A stretch of 64,000 nt of DNA, from NCBI GenBank assembly GCA_964016885.1, contig OZ024748.1:992001-1056000 (forward strand), in the 5' to 3' direction. Source of the stretch: Eledone cirrhosa. Its lineage: Eukaryota. The notes below the pieces were generated by a model. That model did not search any database. It was not told the DNA's origin and saw nothing but the letters and a program-made list of their open reading frames with translations. Position numbers and translations under genes: made by a program. Position 1 is the stretch's first letter, and each line of letters opens with the position of its first letter. Shown here one piece after another: positions 15,386-60,693 of the stretch.

Positions 15386-15416
<31 letters not shown>

Positions 15417-15429
15417 CACACACATATAT

Positions 15430-15460
<31 letters not shown>

Positions 15461-15478
15461 CACACACACACACACACG

Positions 15479-15528
<50 letters not shown>

Positions 15529-15872
15529 AATAACATTAAGAAAGATGGTGATGTTATATAAATCGTTTATATCACATCTTAATGTTATTCTTATACTGAA
15601 TCTTTATCGTACAAACTACGACTGTAGAGAGCTTTCTCCTGTTTACTCCTGATTTTACCAAAACAATATCTACTGAATAAACACACACACACACACACTC
15701 ATCTATATCTGAGGATGTCTCTGTGTGTGTGTGAGTTTGAATCCCTATAACTCGAGAACCACCCAACCTACTGTTTTCATACTTTGCACATACTTATGTT
15801 TCAGGGAGTGTTCTGAGCAAAAAGAATTTCAAATTTTCAATGCCCTAGGGACCGCATTAGGTGATTTAGCGA

Positions 15873-16371
15873 TCTCTCTCTATAATTCTTAGTCTTTCTC
15901 TTTTTAGATAGATACATACTTGTAACGTCGAGCCCTTATAATATCTGTCTGTATGTCTGACTGTCTGCATTACGTCACTTCCCACAATTCCCTCTCTGTC
16001 CAGAACGCGCTTTTATAATATCTGTCTGTATGTCTGGCTGTTTGCTGCCCGCATTAGGTGAAAAACTTCATTTTTTCAGCTTCTTAGGGCTTTTTTGAGG
16101 CGTTACGTCTAGCCGATTTTTCCCGAAATTTCAAGGCATATTAGGCACATAAAAAAAATTCATTTTCTTGATCCCCTAGGGCCCGCATTAGGTGAAAATC
16201 TGCCTTTTTCCTGCTTCATCGAGGAAAATCTTAAAGATTATCCAGCCATCAGAGTATTCGGTTTATTTTCTTTACATATTATCGAGGCATGCAGTTTTTC
16301 CACGATTAGGTCTGTTGGCGGCCCGCGTTCCAAAATACCTTATCCCGTGCAACGCCGGGTACCACTGCTAA
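15873..16371 (+). mobile_element. Non-autonomous Helitron-like element
   Basis: 3' hairpin CCCGTGCAACGCCGGG followed by CTAA (CTRR); CTGT microsatellite near the 5' end; internal repeats CCCGCATTAGGTGA. Confidence 0.5.
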
Positions 16372-16579
16372 TATATTTTTTTATTTGTTTGACCCGAATT
16401 ACTTGGTCGTTTCTATGGCTGTGCGGATAATCGTTTAACCATCGTCTCAGTGTGTTTGGCCTTTTAACGTATGTTGTAGCTCTGGTTCGTTAGAATTATT
16501 GAGCGCTTGCCACACATCTCGGAAGTTATTTTTCGCTAATTTCCAACGCCGAAATACGATTCTCGCTAATTTATATTTG

Positions 16580-16684
<105 letters not shown>

Positions 16685-16767
16685 GGTAAACCGAAATAAC
16701 AACACAATAACGGTACAGTATATGGAAGGAATATATTAGGTTAACGCTTGAAATAGCAGGAAGAGGG

Positions 16768-16803
16768 TCTTAACGTTTCAGATGCTAGTCCTTCATCAGA
16801 AGA
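16768..16803 (-). ncRNA. Minimal hammerhead motif
   Basis: Minus strand TCTT-CTGATGA-AGG...TCT-GAAA-CG-TT-AAGA. Confidence 0.55.
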
Positions 16804-17219
16804 AAGAATGAGAAATAAGATAGATTGAGAGGATGGGCGTGTTGGAATTTGAAAAAAAAACAAAAAACAAACAATATATATAAATATATATATATTTTTT
16901 TATGTGAGCTGATAGAGGGCAGTTTAAGGATTTACAGAAACCCAAGAAGCTAGATTTACCATCTTTCTAGCGGGTCCGGGTATGCTTTTTACATTCATTT
17001 GATTTATTGATTTATTGATATTTTTTCTGAGTGTCCCGAATCTTCCAGATCGCAATTTTTCGGTCGTACGGTTGATTATAGACGTGTTCTATGTGTGACG
17101 GTATTTAAACGATAGTTATAGCTCTGATTTATCTGAATTATTGAGCCCTCTGCCGCTCATTTTCGAATTTTGTTTATCGTGAACTCGTGCGCCGATTTTT
17201 CGATACTCGATTATTCTAC

Positions 17220-17274
<55 letters not shown>

Positions 17275-17276
17275 GT

Positions 17277-18712
17277 ATCATCATCATCATCATCATTATC
17301 GTTTAACGTCCATATTCCACGCTTGCATGGGTTTGGACGGGAGTTTTCCCACTTGAGGCAAGAGTGGTTGTCTTGTTCGCATAGGACTGTCTGGCGGGTT
17401 TTCTACGGCTGGATGCCCTTCCTAGCACCAACTACATTTACAGTGTGGAACTGGGAGGTTTTTACCGTGTTACCTACACGGCCACATTACAGCGTGGACT
17501 GTGTGTTTTTTTGTCGTGACACCTACACGACCTCATTTGTTTCGGGCTGGATGTTGTGTTACCAACATAACTTTACATTGAAAAGGATGGTGTGGATGGG
17601 GTGGGGGTAGTGGGACGGGGGTGTATTTTGTTAGAGGTGCCTACTGACTGTAGTAGGTTTCACTTTGTACTTAGGTAAGGCGGGTCTTCTCTATTACTGT
17701 GTAGCGCCAAAGATCTCGGTCCAGTGACATTGTCTTGGAGAGGTGTAAGTGTGTGAGGTCGGAATTTATCAAGTCGTCCCAGGTTTTTCTGGGTCTGCCT
17801 ACTCCGTGGCTACCGTCTATTTTTATTGCCCTGCACTTTTTTATACAGCTGTCGTCTTTCATGCGCATCACGTGACCATACGAACGTAGCCTTCTCTCGA
17901 GTAAACAACATCTGATCCCTCTTATTTCTAATTTTTTCCTTAGTTCGTTTATGCTTTGCCGTTCACGTATATTACTATTACACATCCAGCGGAGCATGCA
18001 AGCTTCGTTCCTCTCCAGTCTGCGTATATCCTTTGCACACAATGCCCAGGTCTCACTGCCATGCAACATTGCTGTTCGTATGCAGGCATCATACAGCCTG
18101 CCTTTCATTTTTAGGGAGAACCCTTTAGCGGCTAATAGTGGTATAAGCTCTCTGTACTTTTTCCATCCGGTTCTGAATCTAGCTACTGTACTTTCAGAGC
18201 ACCCTCCCCTACTGCTGATTTTGTCACCCAGGTAACGGAAACTGTCCACTATTTCTATAGAACCATCTGTGCAATGGAATGAGCTAGTATTCTGTGGACA
18301 CTTGCTGCTACTTATTGCACCAGAGCACCGGCCGCATATAAAATCTATGTTCTTAGTTAGCTTACCTGTGATCCCACTACATCTTTTATGCACCCATACT
18401 TTGCATTTGGGACATAAAATGGAGTTTCTACCTACTCCTTTCCTACACACTGAGCATGGCCATTTCCCGGATGGGACCGGCGCCCTATTTTCCTTCCTAC
18501 AAACTAGAACTTTAGTCTTAGACAAGTTAATTTTAAGGCCTTTTGATTCTAGGCCATGTTTCCACGTTTGGAATTTCTTCTCTATTTCGGCCATTGATTC
18601 AGCTATGAGGGTTAGATCATCTGCGTATAGGAGTTCCCATGGGCAGCCGGTCTTGAACTCCACTGTTATAGCCTGAAGGGCAATAATAAATAGTAGGGGG
18701 CTAAGAACCGCA
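17277..18712 (-). mobile_element. 5'-truncated RTE-clade LINE with open RT C-terminal frame and 3'UTR
   Basis: ORF 17671-18744: LSPLLF, YADD, Cys/His finger, FRYLG, LHGSETW, GRPRKTW; (ATG)n tail. Confidence 0.93.
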
Positions 18713-19197
18713 CCTCCCACCGCACCTCCACCACCACCATACAAAAAAAAATAATTTTTAAATTGCTGGCCTTGTACTTAAAATAGAAACCAATGACGGC
18801 AAGAGGAATTTCTTCATTTACCTACGTATTTATTTCTATATTTATTTCTATAGTAAATTCTATTGGTTTTCATTTTATTATTAGCTGCATTGATTACTAC
18901 GACCTTGTTACTCTATATGTCACGTCTGCCACCTTCTCGTCTTCTATTTACCGTGTAATTTGCTGTTCTAATTAAAATCGTTAAAACCCAAATAACAATG
19001 CTTGGTAAATTTGTCAAAGAAGATCGAGGAGGGGGGGGGGGGAGGAGAAGAAGAAGAAGAAGAAGAAGAAGAAGAAGAAGAAGAAGAAGAAGAAGAAGAA
19101 GAAGAAGAAGAAGAAGAAGAAGAAGAAGACGATTGTGTGGCCAGGCTAAATATTAACTTTAGTTTGGGTTATCCTCCCTTCATCTATCTAACACACG

Positions 19198-19278
<81 letters not shown>

Positions 19279-19361
19279 ATATATATATATATATTTATAG
19301 AGAGAGAGACACACACACACGTAGATATAGCTACATGCACACATACACACAAACACATGCA

Positions 19362-19423
<62 letters not shown>

Positions 19424-19425
19424 TG

Positions 19426-19508
<83 letters not shown>

Positions 19509-19864
19509 GTGTATATATACTCCCCTATTTCTCTGTAACCAATAACAGACCGTGTCATCCCAATATAACATCTATTGACAGACAAATAGCAGGTGATAAA
19601 CCCTTTCTTCTTCTTGTCGTCAACAACGAAGATCAAATTGAATCAAAGTTCAGGGTCTAGAAATAAACTTAATGTTTTTCTCTCTTTTATATGAAAACTT
19701 TAGCAATACAGATTAAAACATCTGCTACTCTTTTGTTTATTGTGGAAGGAACACGTTCCATTGATTAGAATTTACATCTCCTGCCAATATTTTCTCTATA
19801 CCTTGGCCTCGGCATCGTCATGCATTCGTGTTTGGTGAGCATGTGTTGTCAAGTATATTTCTGT

Positions 19865-20125
19865 TAAAAAAAATTGTTTCCTCACAGCTTGGCTATTTTT
19901 CTGAGCTACATTTCTTGTAACAAGCGAACATTCAAAGATCCCTGCATGATGAGCAGATGTCACGGTTTTTCAAGCATGGTTTCCTCACAGCTTGGCTATT
20001 TTACTGAGCTACATTTCGCGACAAGCGAACATTCAAAGATCCCTGCATGGTGAGCTGATGTTGTCATGGGTTTTCAAGCATGGTTTCCTCACAGATTGGC
20101 TCTTTTGTAGAGCTACATTTTTTGC
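19865..20125. repeat. ~103-bp tandem repeat, about 2.5 copies
   Basis: GTTTCCTCACAG(C/A)TTGGCT recurs at about 19876, 19979 and 20083. Confidence 0.85.
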
Positions 20126-21075
20126 TACAAACCCAGACCTAAGATTGGGAGTATGACATCTGTAATATTGTCCGACACCTACTGTTCTCTACAATTTAGA
20201 CAAGTTGATCGGCTGTATTTCAGCTCACGCATTTTACAGAGCAATACTTCCCAATATGGCTTCCAAGGAACTCAAGATCTGTGGTTCTGCGAAATAACAT
20301 GACTATTAATAAACATTTAATAAAATCTGTATGTGTTTTTTTTGTATTAATAAATTATCTCTCTAAAATAAATTTAACCAAGGTATTATTCTTTATTTGT
20401 TGTTTAACCCCAGGTCTGACCTGATGCTGTAGACCTATGATCAAAAGATCTCCCACCCACTTTTGGGAGGGTGAGAGATGTCTTCTCTTGTGAAAATGGG
20501 TAGAACTTTCATTATGTAAAATCTCGCCATTTTGCTTCATTTTCCCCCGTTTTAGGGCACTTTATTTTATGGTACTCCCCGTTTGGGGTGTTAGAGGTTG
20601 GCAGGTCTGGATAAATGAATAAATAACTGAATGAATTCACAAATAAATACATAAATAAATAATATCTGCTTGTTTTATTTCGGGTATCAACTCTTCAAGT
20701 TTATATAACTTTACGACGAAATAACGAGAAAAAAAATCCCACAAACCTAAAGAAAGATCTCTTCAAACTGTGAATCTAGAGAGATTTTACGTAAGAAAGA
20801 CGTAACTACATCGCCACCGACGTAACTTAGTTAAATCCTTTAGAAACAAACAAACAAAAGATTTCTTTACCAAAAGATTATTGAGAAGCCAGTTGACTTA
20901 AGGAACTTGTTGAACTTTATCGGAATTCCAACTCAATGACCGTTCTTATCTGAAATCACCCAACTTCTTTTATTTTCATTAATATAAGAATCTGTGTAAT
21001 TATATATATATATATATATATATATTCATATATAGATATATATACATATATATATAGATATATATATATAGATAG

Positions 21076-21140
<65 letters not shown>

Positions 21141-21183
21141 CATACATACATATACATATATATCCATATATCCATACATACAT

Positions 21184-21240
<57 letters not shown>

Positions 21241-21242
21241 CG

Positions 21243-21330
<88 letters not shown>

Positions 21331-22830
21331 GGAAAAATTTGAACAGGGACAAAACAGAGAGGCAGTACAACGAATGTTTATTAATTTCACGCTCTGGAGA
21401 GTGGGGTGTTGGTAGTCTTCTATTTTTAATGGAGGAAGACATAGAATTATTACAAAATCCCTTTCTTTATCCTTTTTATTGTTTTCAACGAGAAGAACAA
21501 ACTTAAAATGAACTGGAAGCCACTCCAAGTGGTATTCTGAATGGAGAGTCTGTCCATAGTTTTGAAAGGTTCGCGAGAAAGCAGATCATAAGTTAATCTC
21601 TCTTCTCACCAATTTGTGATCTTACTTTAAACTCTACATATCAAAACCTTCTTTGTTTTCTTTTTACCAACAATTCTTAGCCATTTTTTAATTCTTTTTC
21701 GCCATCCTTCTTCTGACATCGCGTATCGAGAGATATTTCTTTTGAGCTTAGTGAAATTTATCTTTTCCCCTCCATTGCAAACAGACGATATTTGTGGTGG
21801 TGGTGGTGGTGGGGGGGGGGGGGTATGTCGTTTGGACAGTTGAAGAGAAAGGAGGTGACAAACAACAACTCTTATTGATTGGGTCTTAGCGACATCACTT
21901 CTCATATTTACACAATTTATCACCACCACTACAACACTACCAATACCACTAACAGCGCCACAACCACCACGAATGCGCCATCACTACGCCACCACCACCA
22001 CCACCATCAACACCACCACCAACAACACCACCACCACACCAACAATGCCACCACACCACCATCACCACCACCACCACCACCAAAACTCCTACTCAGCCCA
22101 TTTTTGTGTAATTTTATTTTATTTTTTGTTTTTGTTAACAAACGATAAAACTATTTTGTTAGCCTTTTCTTGCCACTGTTGTTGTTTTTGTTGTTGCTGT
22201 TGGTGTTGTTATTCCTGTTGCTGTTGTTGTTGTTGTTATTCCTGTTGTTTGTGTTCTGGAATGCCATGCGTCAGATGATAGTGCAAACACAGCCGACAGG
22301 ATAGCATAGAAGAAGAAGAAGAAGAAGAAGAAGAAGAAGAAGAAGAAGAAGAAGAAGAAGAAGAAGAAGAAGAAGAAGAAGAAGAAGAAGAAGAAGAAGA
22401 AGAAGAAGAAGAAGAAGAAGAAAAGAAGAAGAAGAAGAAGAAAAGAAGTAGAAGAAGAAGAAAAGAAGTAAAGGGTGAAGAAGTGAAAAAGAAAGAATTA
22501 AAGAACGGAAGGAAACACCCGGGATATTTTCTCCTTGATAGAAATATCGGTATCTACATAACAATGGTATCTTCTGTTATTTATGACTTCGTGACTCCAT
22601 CACATTCTTTCTTCCTTAACCTTGGCTTTCTTCTCCATTGAAAGAAGGAGTTGTGTACGTGAAGAAGAAAAAATTTCCATCAATTCTCTTCTTATCTTTC
22701 TTTCCTTCAACATTTTTCTCTTTCATTTCAGTGAAAGAAGGAGATACCTATGTAAAGAACTATTTTCATTCATTTTTTTTTCTTCTATTATTTTAATTTT
22801 ACTTATTTATCCATCTTTGTGTTTATCTTT

Positions 22831-22873
<43 letters not shown>

Positions 22874-23001
22874 TCTTTGTTTCCTTATTTCCGTTCTATT
22901 CCGTTCCGAAACAACGGAAATAAACGAAGGTGTCGGATGGTGTGGGGGAATTAACTTCTGGGGAGAAAGGTGGGAGTCACAATGATCTGTCTATCTATTA
23001 C

Positions 23002-23142
<141 letters not shown>

Positions 23143-25188
23143 CATATATATATACATATATATTTGCTTAGTTATTTATTGGCCGGCTAAATTAGCTATT
23201 GATTGGTTCAGCCACTATCATCATCATCATCTCCACCATCAACCCCACCACCACCACCACCACTACCATAGAAATGGTGAAATACCAAATCTATCTTCTC
23301 CGCCCTTTTGTTTGTATTCTCATTTTAGCCCTTTAGTGTGTGTGTGTGTATGATATGTTGGTGGTGTGTGTGGTATGTTGGTGGTGTGTGTGTGTGGTAT
23401 GTTGGTGGTGTGTATGTGTGTGTGTGTGTGAAGGAGAGGGGGTAGTATGTATGTGTGTTATATGTGTGTGTAAATATTGTGTGTGTGTGGTATGTGTTTT
23501 ATATATATATGTGTGTGTATGTGTGTTTTATATATATATATATGTGTGTGTATGTATGTGTGAGGTATGTGTTTTATATATATATATATGTGTGTATGTG
23601 TTTTATATATATATGTGTGTGTATGTGTGTTTTATATATATATATGTGTGTGTGAGGTATGTGTTTTATATATGTATGTGTGTATGTGTGTGTGAGGTAT
23701 GTGTTTTATATATATATATATGTGTGTATGTGTTTTATATATATATGTGTGTGTATGTGTTTTATATATATATATATATGTGTGTATGTGTGTGTGAGGT
23801 ATGTGTTTTATATATATATGTGTGTGTATGTGTTTTATATATATATGTCTGTGTATGTGTTTTATATATATATATGTGTATGTGTTTTATACATATATAT
23901 GTGTATGTGTATACGTTTTAAAAATATATATGTGTGTGTATGTGTTTTATACATATATATGTGTGTATGTATGTGTGTATGTCACAGCAATTATTTACCT
24001 AACCAAACTGTACACAAAGAAAAATGAATGCAATGGGGAAGTGGCGGCTGTGGAGTGGTGGAGGAGGTGGGGTAGTGGTGGAGGAGGTGGGTGGAGGTGG
24101 TGGTGTGGAGTGGTGGAGGAGGTGGTGGTGGTGGGGAGCTGGTGTGAAGGGGTGGTGGTGGTGTGGAGGGGACATTCTAAGACGTAGTAAGGAAGTAAAC
24201 TCAATCAACCAATCCTCTTTCTCCAATATATTTCTTTTGGACAAGTGTTAGGATTATTATTGTCGTTGTTGTTGTTCCTATTGATGTCATTACTATTACT
24301 ACCATCATTACTAGTAGTAGTATTATTGTTGTTGTTGTTAATGTTGTTATTATTGTTATTATTCAAGAGAGGAATGATTAAAACTTTCACACTTAGCTTT
24401 CAGCAGACACATTACAGTGAAGCTTCAGTTGAGAGTGTTTCGTTCAGTCTTCAGTGTTGCTTGATGAAGATATTACAATATCCATAAGTAGTCAGCAACT
24501 TCTCACAAGAAAACTAAACATCACCCCACTAAAACTATTACAATATTATATATTCTCATCTTCAAGTAAGTATAAAGCTTTAGACCAGCATCATTATTAT
24601 TACTATATTATTTCTGTTATTAGTATTTCTATTATTATTATTATTAGTAGTAGTGATTTTATTCTATATTATTTTGATTCCATTTATTCGTTACTTCTCT
24701 GTTCTGAATTTAAATTCAAATTTCATGGGTTTATCCACATTGGAATTTCATCCGTTTAAGACCCATGATATAATTCTTTATAACATTGCCACATCGTACT
24801 TGACTGGTACTTTATTTTATCGACCTCCAGAAGGATTAAATACAAAAGTTGACATGGGTGGGATTTAAACTCAGGGCGTAGAAAGTCGTAACTAAATATT
24901 GCACAGCGTTTTCTCCGACGCTCTAACGATTCTGCCAATCCACCGCCGCTAAGGTCAACAGTATCATAAACCTGTGAAGTATAGAGCGAAGCTCAATCGG
25001 TTATAACTTTTCTCTAGTTCCAGATTTATATTTGATGTCAACCCCAAAGATTTATAAACCCTAGAAGTTCATTGAAACAAAAAAAAAAGATTACTTGGAT
25101 TCGAGGATTTACTTGGATTGATAAATGAAAACAGTTGATGATGTACACAGAATACATATGTGTGATACAGTGCTATCCTTTCACACTA

Positions 25189-25559
25189 TGTTAGAAACCA
25201 CAACTTTATCAATAACTATTGCCTTCTGGGGTTGCTGTGCCAAAGTTACTGTTATGTCCTTATGGATAAACGAATACACTGCAACAGTGTAATAACAATA
25301 TAATCGAAACAAACGACAATAACCACACGTAACGGAACAATCTTTTAAGAACCAACAATCCAACACGCTAACTCGAACTGTGAACTTGAACTCCAACTTT
25401 GATAATCAACACACGAACTCTGTGACTAGTACCAACTTTGACTATCAACTCACGAACTGTGGAACTAATACCAACCTTCCACTTACCAACCTTCCGCTAC
25501 TATTTGTATGTAGTTGTCCAGCCCATTCTCGCCAGGGGGCGTCGTACTCTCGCACAACA
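25189..25559. mobile_element. Possible solo LTR
   Basis: TGTT...AACA termini and a GC-richer end; no target-site duplication seen. Confidence 0.25.
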
Positions 25560-26397
25560 GTTACAAAGTTACAAAGAAATATATTATGAGTCTTAAAAGG
25601 ATGAAATGCCGAGATCAATACCTTATATACCATCAAATACTTTCATTCATCAAATTTTTGTGGCATTTCACACATCCCCAAACATGTCTTTATGATGTCC
25701 TCTCGTCCATTGCCCCTGTGACAGAAATGGGGGAAGAAAATGGCAGCCGAAAGATATGATGTGTGAGTTTAATGTTAATTTGAAACTAACTTTAGCAGTG
25801 CAGGTGAACATATATACCTAAAATATCGCACATATATGATGTGAGTGTATGTGTTGTGTGCATGTATGTGTGCGTGCGTGTGAGTGTGTGTGTGTTTGTG
25901 TGCGTGCGTGTGAGTGTGTGAAAATAGACACATTGGTAAAGCCAGAGGGCTGTGAGCAACTAGAAAGAAATATCGAGTCTCCTCATTGATTAGTTTACAA
26001 TTGTAATGTGAAATACCGTGTGTACTCCACTTAATTACTACACACTGCCAACTTTCTCCTCCTCCATCAATAATGTCAACCATTGTTTAATTGAATCCAA
26101 GAAAACCAGCCACAGAAATATTTTGTAAGAGAAATAGTCACTTTATGAGTTCAAATCTCGCCGAAGTTAACTTTGCCTTTCATCTTCACGGGATCGATAA
26201 AATAAAGTACCAGCAATGAACTGGGGTCGTTCATAGCCTCTTACGTGGCTTTTAGTCCAGCATTAGATTTGCACGGTCTGCAGCAAATCTGACAGACAGT
26301 GGGATAATTGCTGGCCTTGTGCCAAACGTAGAAACAGGAGAAAAAAAAGGTAAATTATTTAAAACAGCGGTAACTTATATACGTAAAGACATAAAAA

Positions 26398-26593
26398 CAT
26401 ATCTGTCAATTCTCCCCGCCGAACGGGGAGATCTCCCACCCACTTTGGGGTGGGTGAGAGATGTCTTCTCTTGTGAAAATGGCTATAGATTTCATTATGT
26501 AGAATCTCCACATTTCGCCTCATTTCTTCCCAGGTTTGGGGCACTTTATTTCATGGTACTCTCCGTTTGGGTTTATAGAGATTGGCAGGTCTG
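26398..26593. mobile_element. MITE with CATACCTGCCAA-like TIRs (hAT-like)
   Basis: CATATCTGTCAATTCTC...GAGATTGGCAGGTCTG; further copies at about 20445-20610 and 27312-27502. Confidence 0.55.
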
Positions 26594-26690
26594 TCTGTCT
26601 GTCTGTCTGTCTGTATGTATGTATGTATGTATGCATGTATGTATGTATGTATGTATGTGTGTGTATATCTATATATACACATACATACAT

Positions 26691-26720
<30 letters not shown>

Positions 26721-26721
<1 letters not shown>

Positions 26722-26927
26722 ACGAAGGAAATGTGGTAAGGAACCAGATGGACCATAACGCACCAAAGTACTCATTACTTAGGGTAGTAGAGTGGGTAAT
26801 AGGAACAAGTATGACCCCGACGGCAGAGCTCAAGCCGTTTCGACGGCTAATTCTGGACTCTATTCTGGACGTCCAGAATTACCCATCGAAACAGCTTGAG
26901 CTCTGCCGCCGGGGTCATACTTGTTCC

Positions 26928-26930
<3 letters not shown>
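26721..26930 (-). mobile_element. Fold-back element with hammerhead 3' half (family P)
   Basis: ~130-bp palindrome plus a conserved ~80-nt tail, between (AT)n tracts. Copies at 40997-41189, 45933-46107, 46136-46335 and 52333-52542; fragment at 38155-38275. Confidence 0.75.
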
Positions 26931-27011
<81 letters not shown>

Positions 27012-27089
27012 CACACATGAATCTAATATTATTATTAATATTCGAAAAACTCAGATTACATTTATTGTATTCAACCATGTAGAGCGATA

Positions 27090-27160
<71 letters not shown>

Positions 27161-27184
27161 TATATACACACATATATATATACA

Positions 27185-27293
<109 letters not shown>

Positions 27294-27643
27294 TCACACA
27301 CATATATATATATGTCAACTCTCCCTGTCAGGCGGGGAGATCTCCCACCCACTTTGGGGTGGGTGAGAGATGTCTCCTCTTGTGAAAATGGGTATAGATT
27401 TCATTATGTAAAATCTCCCCATTTTGTCACATTTCTTCCCCCAATTTGGGACACTTTATTTCATGGTACCCCGTTTAGGTCTTTAGAGGTCGACAGGTTT
27501 GCAAGATGATAAAACCCACAGAAAAACAACAACAAAAAAGAATATGTGACTTATTTTTTCCTGTGATATTATTTCCGTTTACGACGAGGAGGACCCACAA
27601 AACCCCGATATACTACCGACACAGCCAATCCAGCCCTCCTCAA

Positions 27644-27933
27644 CTCTTTACCATTTACATTACTCTATATATACTATTGTATTTTCACAGTAAAGGCTTT
27701 ACCTCACATAATATCTCACATAACATTTACATTACTATATTTACTATTGTATTTTCACAGTAAAGGCTTTATCTCACATAATATCTCACATAATATCGAA
27801 TCTACGAGATTTTGATATTATTTATTTTGAGAACAATACCTTAACATAAGTATGAGTGGCCAGTTACAGCCGGTTTAAGCAGAAAAAGGTGAGATAATTC
27901 TGGCCAGATACAGCCGATTTAAATGCTAAAGGG
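27644..27933. mobile_element. TTAA-MITE copy just upstream of the first coding exon
   Basis: Same body as 711-1343; ends AAATGCTAAAGGG|TTAA. Confidence 0.6.
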
Positions 27934-28006
27934 TTAAATAACAACAACCAATATATCATATGTTATGTTATATTTTTCAGATTGTCTGCTTACAGCGAAC
28001 AACAAC

Positions 28007-57837
<29,831 letters not shown>

Positions 57838-57892
57838 AACACAACGGAACTCGCTCTCATTTTATTACGAAAGTCATTTAAATTAAACACCA

Positions 57893-59262
57893 CCGACCAA
57901 CTAACCAACCAACCAACCAACTAACTAACCAACCAACCAACCATCCATCCAACCAACCAGCCAACCAACAAACCAACTAACCAACCAGCCGACCAACCAG
58001 CCACCAACCAACCAACCAACCATCCATCCAACCAACCAGGCAACCAACAAACCAATTAACCAGCCAGCCGACCAACCAGCCAACCAACCAACCATCCATC
58101 CAACCAACCAGCCAACCGAAAAAACAACTAACCAACCAGCCAACCAACAAACCAACTAACCAGCCAGCCGACCAACCAGCCACCAACCAACCAACCAACC
58201 ATCCATCCAACCAACCAGGCAACCAACAAACCAATTAACCAGCCAGCCGACCAACCAGCCAACCAACCAACCATCCATCCAACCAACCAGCCAACCGAAA
58301 AAACAACTAACCAACCAGCCAACCAACAAACCAATTAACCAGCCAGCCGACCAACCAGCCAACCAACCAACCATCCATACAACCAACCAGCCAACCGACA
58401 AACCAACTAACCAGCCAGCCAACCAACCAACAAACCAACCAGCCAGCCAACCAACAAACCAACTAACCAGCCAGCCGACCAAACAACCAACCAGCCAACT
58501 AACCAACCAACCAATCAACCAACCAGCCAACCAGCCAACCAACAAACCAGCCAGCCTACCATCCAACCAACCAACCAACCAGCCAACCAACCAAACAACC
58601 AGCCAGCCGACCAAACAACCAACCAGCCAACTAACCAACCAACCAATCAACCAACCAGCCAACCAGCCAACCATCAAACCAGCCAACCAGCCAGCCTACC
58701 AAACAACCAACCAGCCAACCAACCAACCAGCCAACCAACCAAACAACCAGCGAGCCGACCAAACAACCAACCAGCCAACCAACTAACCAACCAACCAGCC
58801 AACTTACCAGCCAACCAACCAGCCAACCAACCAACCAGCCAACCAGCCAACCAACCAACCAACCAACCAACTAACTAACCAACAAACCAACCAACCAACC
58901 AACCATCCATCCAACCAACCAGCCAACCAACAAACAAACTAACCAGCCAGCTGACCAACCAACCAACCTACTAGCCAATCAACCAATCAACCAGCCAACC
59001 AACCAGCCAACAAACCAACCAGCCAACTAACCAGCCAACCAACAAACCAACTAACCAGCCAGCCAACCATCCAACCAACCGGCAAGCCAACCAAGCAACC
59101 AACCAGCCAACTAACCAATCAACCAACCAACCAGCCAACTAACCAGCCAACCAACAAACCAACTAACCAGCCAGCCGACCATCCAACCAACCGGCAAGCC
59201 AACCAAGCACCAACCAGCCAACCAGCCAATCAACCAACCAGCCGGCCAACCAACCAACCAAC
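57893..59262. repeat. Degenerate (CCAA)n array with ~179-bp higher-order repeat, directly after the chitinase stop
   Basis: Directly visible; repeated blocks show as duplicated WLVG-type ORFs offset by 179 nt. Confidence 0.9.
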
Positions 59263-59544
59263 CCGACATAACATACATACATACGATCATACATTACTAT
59301 GTATATATCAGGCCGGCATAGTTGTTAGAACATCAGACAGATTGGGTTGTAGTAATCGATGGTGTTTTATTTAACAAACTAATTAGGTAATCTCAGGTGA
59401 TCGATGTTTTTCAACTCACTATGTTGTACATTTGTGGTGAGGTCCAACTGTTCATCATATTTATATTTGACTAATTACATCTAAACACAATCCAACAGGT
59501 ATCACCTGGCCTTAATGGAAAGTAACAACCAGTTAATATACATC

Positions 59545-59584
<40 letters not shown>

Positions 59585-59612
59585 TGGTTACACAACAGTT
59601 AGTTCACCATAC

Positions 59613-59650
59613 CGAGAACAATTGTTTCACCTTAGCGGATCCTCAGCTCG
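59613..59650 (-). ncRNA. Minimal hammerhead motif
   Basis: Minus strand CGAG-CTGAGGA-TCC-GCTAA-GGT-GAAA-CAATTG-TT-CTCG; diverged paralog at 59836-59875. Confidence 0.65.
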
Positions 59651-59723
59651 TAACCACTTCTACCTAACTCGTTCCTTGGACTGAGTGCTCTACCACTTCG
59701 GATATTACCTTCCAGTGTTCCAC

Positions 59724-59805
<82 letters not shown>

Positions 59806-59972
59806 GTTAGTTCGACAACAGTTGATAAGCCATTTTCGAGGACACGTGTTTCACCTTGTGGATCTTCAAACTCGACTGAATGACTTATTAACTACTGTGA
59901 AACTAACTTCTACCGAACTCGTCCAAAGGACTGAGTGCTCTACAACTACGGATATAACGTCCCAGTGTTCTA

Positions 59973-60084
<112 letters not shown>

Positions 60085-60488
60085 TGTACAGGCACGACCT
60101 CGCTATCTTAAAGATACCGTATTTGTCTTCTTACATATACGTATTTATATAGAAATAAAGTGACATACACAATATATATATAATCATGTGAATTCACTAT
60201 ATTTTGGATAGATTGCATGAAAATGACGTTCACAATCTTCACTTTGTCTGAGAACGGTGCTTCACTTAGAGTCGTTTCGTACTCGCAATTCAAACAACAC
60301 AACTCTTACCAAAAGGTGTCCCTTAGCCTCTGATATTCTCCTTGAAAAGGTGAACCCATGTACAAAGTTTCAGCTACCTTGATGCAGAATTAGAGCCTGA
60401 AGCTTGGAACATATATATTGCATGTATCCTTCACAACTCTTTTAAACGTGAAGTTAACCTTGAAGATGATTGGTATGCCTTCACATAC

Positions 60489-60551
<63 letters not shown>

Positions 60552-60693
60552 GAGACACACATATAAATGTATATATATATTGCTAATTTCTTTTTGTACC
60601 AAATTACTATTTAATGAACTTATATGCAAATTATGTATATCTCAGAATATTTTTGACTACCAGTTTATATGTTTAATATTTGTTTTAAAAAAA

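Noticed and set aside
57893-59262. Telomeric array
   Set aside because: The unit is degenerate CCAA/CCAG, not (TTAGGG)n, and it is internal to the sequence.
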